From a bacterium (lineage in GTDB: Bacteria > Desulfobacterota > DSWW01): a stretch of 11,634 nt of DNA. Each line of letters opens with the position of its first letter. Positions within the stretch are counted from its first letter, which is position 1. The position numbers were made by a program, and so were the translations under genes. The notes under the pieces were generated by a model. It had not been told where the DNA came from and did no database searches. It was given only the letters and a program-made list of their open reading frames with translations. Positions 7,440 through 11,634 of this stretch are shown here, piece after piece. Where the stretch lies: contig JBFLZG010000074.1 of the NCBI GenBank assembly GCA_040756235.1, positions 1 through 11,634 on the forward strand, given 5' to 3'.

Positions 7440-8057
7440 TCAGCTCAACTGGAACAGATATTCCCGCAGCCCGTTGCGGTAGATGAAGGACTTCACGAGC
7501 TTGAAGGCGCTCATCCGGTCGAGGATGTCCCGATTCTGGCGGTGGTGCACCGGGAAGCTCAATTGGGGCCGAGGCCGCCGCATCAACTCGAAACCTTCCC
7601 TGAGAACGAACGCCTGCGGCGTCTCACTGGAGGATTGGCGGTCTCCGGCAAGGAGCAGGACCATGCCCCGCGGCCGCAGCAGGGTGCGGCCGGTCGCGAT
7701 CAGGCTGGCGAGCTCGCCGTCGTCCAGATGGTCGATGAGATCCCAGAAGAGGATGCCGTCCACAGACTCGACAGGGACCTGGAGATCTTCCCAGAGCTTC
7801 GCAAACGGCAGCCCGCGCCCGCGCAGCCGGTCCCAGGCGGCCAGCAGATCCCACAGGTAGAGCGTCCTGACTTGCTCGGCCAGAAAACCGATGTTGCTCC
7901 CGCAAGCAGGCCCGAGGTCCAGCAATCTCCGGTCCGGCCGTCGGCACAGGGAATCCAGGAGGAGGGGAAGGAGATGGCTCGCGTAGGAGTCCCCACGACG
8001 TTCGGGACCGGCCCGGTCCGTCGTAGGTCGCAGCGTCTCCCGGCTACTTGCTCCCAT
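7440..8057 (-). CDS. Class I SAM-dependent methyltransferase-like protein, ~205 aa (start uncertain: ATG 8057 or GTG 8087)
   Basis: Atypical motif I LLDLGPACG; VDGILFWDLIDHL (FDxI...ldhL-type motif); LLRPRGMVLL (LKPGG-type motif). The ATG at 8057 overlaps the bactofilin 3' end by 14 nt and has no SD, consistent with translational coupling. Confidence 0.75.
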   Translation of the reverse strand: MGASSRETLRPTTDRAGPERRGDSYASHLLPLLLDSLCRRPDRRLLDLGPACGSNIGFLAEQVRTLYLWDLLAAWDRLRGRGLPFAKLWEDLQVPVESVDGILFWDLIDHLDDGELASLIATGRTLLRPRGMVLLLAGDRQSSSETPQAFVLREGFELMRRPRPQLSFPVHHRQNRDILDRMSAFKLVKSFIYRNGLREYLFQLS

Positions 8058-8565
8058 GGGCACCGACAGCGAGGGCGACCGGCTCACGGTCGGCCGCTTT
8101 CGGCTCCACCCCTGCCGGACCGATGGTCCGGGATTTCGCTTCGGGCTCCCGTTCCAGCTCGATGGACGCCTTGATGTAGGCCCCGTCCTCCACGGAAATC
8201 CTTCTTGCCTTGAGCTCCCCGTGGAATTCGGCTTGCCGGGTGATCTCGACCCTTCCGAGCGCTTTCACGTTGCCGGTCATGCGGCCGCTGACGGTCACGT
8301 CCTTGGCAATCACTTCCCCCTCGACCACGCCCTTCATGCCAATGATCACCTGGTGCTCTTCCAGCTCGATGCTCCCCTTGAGGCGGCCCTCGATCAGCAG
8401 GTTCTCCTTGCCGCGGATGTTCCCTTCGACCGAGATCTGCTCGCCGATGACCGTTCTGTTCTCTTTGGCCGCCGGGGTCTGATCCGATGCGAACTTGGCC
8501 TCGACCACGTTCGCATGAAGCTCGGCAGGATTGCCATTGTCGTTGTCTTTTCTCTTCATCAGCAT
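8044..8565 (-). CDS. Bactofilin (polymer-forming cytoskeletal protein, CcmA/PF04519 type), 173 aa
   Basis: Beta-helix repeats TVIGEQISVEGNIRGKENLLIEGRLKGSI...IIGMKGVVEGEVIAKDVTVSGRMTGNVKA.GRVEI...AEFHGELKARRISVEDGAYIKASI. Start moved from 8679 to 8565 because GGAGG (8573-8577) lies 7 nt before that ATG and it yields the short hydrophobic-basic N-terminus MLMKRK typical of bactofilins. Confidence 0.92.
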   Translation of the reverse strand: MLMKRKDNDNGNPAELHANVVEAKFASDQTPAAKENRTVIGEQISVEGNIRGKENLLIEGRLKGSIELEEHQVIIGMKGVVEGEVIAKDVTVSGRMTGNVKALGRVEITRQAEFHGELKARRISVEDGAYIKASIELEREPEAKSRTIGPAGVEPKAADREPVALAVGAHGSK

Positions 8566-8685
8566 GGGAGATCCTCCATCCGGGTTGGTGGTGGTGGAAA
8601 TCGCATGCTCTCTCATCGGACGAGAATGCGCTTTCCTAAAGAGCCGATGGAAAAAGTCCGGAATGTGCATGCTGCTCATGAAGGT

Positions 8686-9741
8686 TCAGGCCAGGCCGCG
8701 CTCCCGGCACACCTGCGCCCGCATGGAAGGGTGGTCCGGGAAGGGCGGCTTGGCCCCGGGGACCTCGGACAGGGAAATGGCGCCCGCCGGGCAAGCCGCG
8801 ACGCAGACCCCGCAGCCGAGGCACTTGTCCCGATTGACCGCGACCGTTTCGCCGGCCTCCGTCACGGCCCCCATCGGGCAGCGCTCCACGCAGGCCGCGC
8901 AGGCGGTGCACAGATCGGGGTCGGCCTCTGCCTGATAGCAGATGTTCGCCATCAGGGAGCTCTGGGGGAGCATCTGGAGGCCCTTGAGGACCCCGCAGCA
9001 GCAGGTACAGCAGCAGCAGATGAGAGAAAGGTCCTCGGTGTTGGTCGTCGACAACACCAGGCCCTCCTTCTCCGCCGTCTCCAGGACCGCCATCAGCTCC
9101 GGCTTGCCGATCTTCCGGCCGATCCCGTTGTCGATGTAGAACTGCGCCTGCTGGCCGAAGGAGATGCAGGTCTCGTAAGGGTGCCGGCACTTGGCCCCCT
9201 TGGTCTCCGACATCTGCCTGCAGATGCAGGGAGAGAGCGAGATCAGGTGGTCGTCTTGCACGACGTCCCGCACACGGTTGTAGGGGGCCACGGAAGTCTT
9301 CACGTCCACCGCCGTTTGCGCCGGGATCACGCGCATCTGCCTGGACTCCAGGGCCAGCCCCACCGCGCCCAGGTAGGGCATGTACTCCTCGATGAGCTCG
9401 GTCAGCTCCCGGTCCACACGGTTGATCTGCGCCTCGATGATCCCCACGAAGAACTGATAAGCCTTGTAGCGGACCCGACCCCCCTCGCGCGTCCTGAAGA
9501 CCAGACCCCGCTTCGCCATCCCCTCGAGCTCGCCGGCAAGCGCGGGCTCCGCGCGTCCGAGCCGCGCGGCGATCGCGGCGAGGTCTTCCGGCTCCTTCTC
9601 GAGATTCAAGAAGAGCTCGGCGTCGGCCGGGGTGAAGAGCTTCTTCAGGATCCGGATCTCGACGCCCGTCGGCGTCTCGGGGTAGCCTCCCGGCATGCTG
9701 TGGAGATATTCCCGGAGCCGCAAATAAAGGTCCTCGGCCAT
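8686..9741 (-). CDS. Cys-rich 4Fe-4S dicluster-domain protein, 351 aa, function unknown
   Basis: Two ferredoxin motifs CTACAACVERCP and CLGCGVCVAACP at the C-terminus; central CIC..C..C and ICCCCTCCC; N-terminal region with a winged-helix-like pattern (LAAIAARLG...LAGELEGMAKRGLVF); GAGGT RBS. Confidence 0.9.
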   Translation of the reverse strand: MAEDLYLRLREYLHSMPGGYPETPTGVEIRILKKLFTPADAELFLNLEKEPEDLAAIAARLGRAEPALAGELEGMAKRGLVFRTREGGRVRYKAYQFFVGIIEAQINRVDRELTELIEEYMPYLGAVGLALESRQMRVIPAQTAVDVKTSVAPYNRVRDVVQDDHLISLSPCICRQMSETKGAKCRHPYETCISFGQQAQFYIDNGIGRKIGKPELMAVLETAEKEGLVLSTTNTEDLSLICCCCTCCCGVLKGLQMLPQSSLMANICYQAEADPDLCTACAACVERCPMGAVTEAGETVAVNRDKCLGCGVCVAACPAGAISLSEVPGAKPPFPDHPSMRAQVCRERGLA

Positions 9742-9832
9742 GGCTCACCTCGTATGCAAGGGTTGTTCAACGGAAAAGTTCCACCGCACCGATCGGGCGA
9801 TGCACGGTTACGGATGCTATGTTACGGCACGC

Positions 9833-11449
9833 TCAAAGCGCCGCCCAGTAGTCCACGAAGACCATGGTGGAGAGGACGAACCCGAGAGGCACGTTCACGG
9901 CGACGCCGATGGTGAAGGCCCAGAACGGCTTCATCCCGAAGGTGGCCAGCTCCGCGAAGCGGGTGGAAAGGCCGATCGAGAGGAAGCACAGGACGAAAGC
10001 CCAGGACCGCAGGTTCTTGATCGGCTTGATGACCTTCGGCGACAGGACGCTCTCGAACCAGTCGGAGGCGGCGTGGAGCTGTCTCAAGGCCCACTTCTGG
10101 TCTTCGTCGGTCGCGGCGGCCTCGAGCGCCGCCAGCTCTTCCAGGCTCATCTTGCCCTGGAACGAGATGACGCCGGCCTGCTCATCCTGAGAGAGCTTCC
10201 CGGCCAGATGGGCCGGCGCGGCATAGCCCGAGAAGTCCGCCGCGTAGTCCTGCTTCTGCGTCTTGGACTTGAAGGTCCCCCGGACCTTGGCGACTCCCGC
10301 ATGGCCCGCGGGCCCGGCCGCGGCCACGGCGCTCATGATCACGGAGGCCGCGAGGAAGCCGAGCACGAACTTGGGAAACCGCTCCCAGATGACGTCCGCA
10401 CCGACCCGCCTCCGGGCGCCCCCTCCCTCGGACTTCTCCCAGAACAGCACGGAGACGATGGAGAGGATGAAGCACCAGATCCCGATCCAGATGTCCCGGC
10501 CGATCACCTTCATCAGGGTGAAGGCCTGAATGGGCGCATCGCCGTGCTCCTGGGCGAGCTCGGCCACGACCGCGAAGCCGGCCGCATCCGCAAACTCCGA
10601 AGTGCCGACCCAGGCCCCGGCCTCGCCCGGCGAGATCGCTTCCGGCACCAGCGACTTGGTGACGAAGGTGAGGACGAAGATCATGACGATCGCCCAGACG
10701 GACACGATGGCGATGCTGATGGCGATCTGGTCCTTGCGGGCCTTGGTGGCGCCGCCCACGGCAATCGATGCCGAGACCCCGCACACCGCCCCCCCTGCAC
10801 CCAGCACCGCGGCGAACGGTGACGGCAGCCTGAACAGGCGCGTGGCCGCAAGATAGATCGTGCCCCAGGTCGTGACCGAGACCAGGGTCGCCTGCAGGAA
10901 GGCGATCGGGCCCGCGTCGAAGATCAGGGTCAGGGGCAGGGTCGCGCCCAGGAGCACGATGCCGGTCTTGATGTAGTACTCGGTCAGCAGGCTGGCCTTG
11001 AGCCACTCCGGGATCCTTCTCAGGTTGCTGATCACCAGTCCCGCGAGCAGGGCCAGGATCGGCGCGCCCAGGTCCGCTCTCTCCATGACCGTCCAGGCCG
11101 AAAGGGCGAAGATCGCCAGGGACCCGAGGAACAAGATCGCGAAGCCCGGCACGTAGGTCTTCACGCTGCGCCCCATGACGGCGATCGAAAGGGTGAAGGC
11201 GATGCCGAAGAACAGAAACACCGCCAGGTAGGAAAGAGCGTTGCGGGAGAGATCGGAGAAGAGGTCGGGCACTCGCGCCCATTCCGCGGGGGTCGGCGCC
11301 CAGGGCCTCAGGGTGCCGCCGGCGTAAAAGACCGCCAGGGTCACCAGGACGATCCCGAGCCCCAGCCAGACCGCCCACCAGTCCTCGGTTCTGAGCATCT
11401 TCTCCCGCTCCCGCGCGGCAAGCGGGAGGCTTTCCGGAACGGCGCTCAT
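9833..11449 (-). CDS. yeiH: YeiH / putative sulfate exporter family (PF03601-type) multi-pass membrane protein, long form, 538 aa
   Basis: TEDWWAVWLG N-terminus; EYYIKTGIVLLGA, GAGGAVCGVSASIA, AGAWVGTSEFADAAG, MKVIGRDIWIG, IWERFPKFVLGF, LRSWAF.LCFLSIGLSTRF motifs; many hydrophobic helices; GAGGT RBS. Symbol is family-level. Confidence 0.9.
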   Translation of the reverse strand: MSAVPESLPLAAREREKMLRTEDWWAVWLGLGIVLVTLAVFYAGGTLRPWAPTPAEWARVPDLFSDLSRNALSYLAVFLFFGIAFTLSIAVMGRSVKTYVPGFAILFLGSLAIFALSAWTVMERADLGAPILALLAGLVISNLRRIPEWLKASLLTEYYIKTGIVLLGATLPLTLIFDAGPIAFLQATLVSVTTWGTIYLAATRLFRLPSPFAAVLGAGGAVCGVSASIAVGGATKARKDQIAISIAIVSVWAIVMIFVLTFVTKSLVPEAISPGEAGAWVGTSEFADAAGFAVVAELAQEHGDAPIQAFTLMKVIGRDIWIGIWCFILSIVSVLFWEKSEGGGARRRVGADVIWERFPKFVLGFLAASVIMSAVAAAGPAGHAGVAKVRGTFKSKTQKQDYAADFSGYAAPAHLAGKLSQDEQAGVISFQGKMSLEELAALEAAATDEDQKWALRQLHAASDWFESVLSPKVIKPIKNLRSWAFVLCFLSIGLSTRFAELATFGMKPFWAFTIGVAVNVPLGFVLSTMVFVDYWAAL

Positions 11450-11509
11450 GTCGGCTACCTCGTGTAAAGGCAGGAAGATACGAGGAAGGGCCCTGAAGAC
11501 TCCTCACAG

Positions 11510-11539
11510 GGTATAGGCGAAATCCGCAGGGAGAGTCAA
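11510..11539 (-). promoter_or_regulatory. Candidate sigma70 promoter for the yeiH-like gene
   Basis: Minus strand TTGACT (11534-11539), 18-nt spacer, TATACC (11510-11515); ~60 nt upstream of the ATG. Confidence 0.5.
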
Positions 11540-11608
11540 TCAGAAAGCGTCCTCGGGCTTTGGCGAGGCTGTGTCCTGTTTCGTCACCCGGGCCGCCGCC
11601 TTCGCGGA

Positions 11609-11634
11609 GTAGGGGCGACCGGCCGGTCGCCCCA
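11609..11634 (+). repeat. GTAG-family REP palindrome (cut by the window edge)
   Basis: GTAGGGGCGACCGGCCGGTCGCCCCA: 5' GTAG tetranucleotide overlapping a perfect 22-bp palindrome GGGGCGACCGGCCGGTCGCCCC (11612-11633); intergenic. Confidence 0.75.

Noticed and set aside
8566..8679. 38-aa N-terminal extension of the bactofilin in the ORF track
   Set aside because: A better SD and a family-typical N-terminus occur at ATG 8565.
8995..9018. (GCA)n trinucleotide run as a microsatellite
   Set aside because: It simply encodes the Cys cluster with TGC codons.
9755..9770. Sigma54-like TTGAACAACCCTTGCA upstream of the Fe-S gene (minus strand)
   Set aside because: TG replaces the invariant GG at -24, and the -12 element is too close to the ATG to leave the RBS in the transcript.
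8056..10822. 619-aa and 360-aa plus-strand ORFs, plus overlapping alternative-frame minus ORFs (8636-9748, 10182-11507, 725-2038)
   Set aside because: They overlap well-supported genes, are Arg/Gly/Pro-rich frame artefacts and show no family motifs.
1..11634. CRISPR array, tRNA/rRNA, transposase, integrase or known riboswitch
   Set aside because: No regularly spaced repeat-spacer units, cloverleaf or rRNA signatures, or recombinase motifs seen. GCGAAACC occurs three times (73, 611, 682) but without spacing or structure fitting a known RNA motif.

Overview
High-GC bacterial DNA with every credible gene on the minus strand. The gene families and a sigma54-type promoter suggest an anaerobic Desulfobacterota/'deltaproteobacterial' organism (inference only). 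In transcription order (right to left): a GTAG-type REP palindrome at the window edge; a YeiH/putative sulfate-exporter family membrane protein with an apparent ~85-aa soluble insert; a Cys-rich 2x[4Fe-4S] protein; a bactofilin overlapping a class I SAM-methyltransferase-like gene; an intact TetR + MFP (AcrA/MexA-like) + HAE1 RND (AcrB/MexB-like) + outer-membrane factor (OprM-like) efflux operon with a clear palindromic operator over its promoter; a 61-aa single-TM protein with its own strong RBS, a sigma54 -24/-12 promoter and candidate enhancer/IHF sites; and a probable right end of a MITE-like repeat at the left edge. The best novelty candidates are the sigma54-driven small membrane protein directly behind the RND pump (AcrZ-like helix pattern) and the coupled bactofilin-methyltransferase pair. 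The long plus-strand ORFs are antisense shadows. No database searches were run; family calls come from motifs read in the translations.
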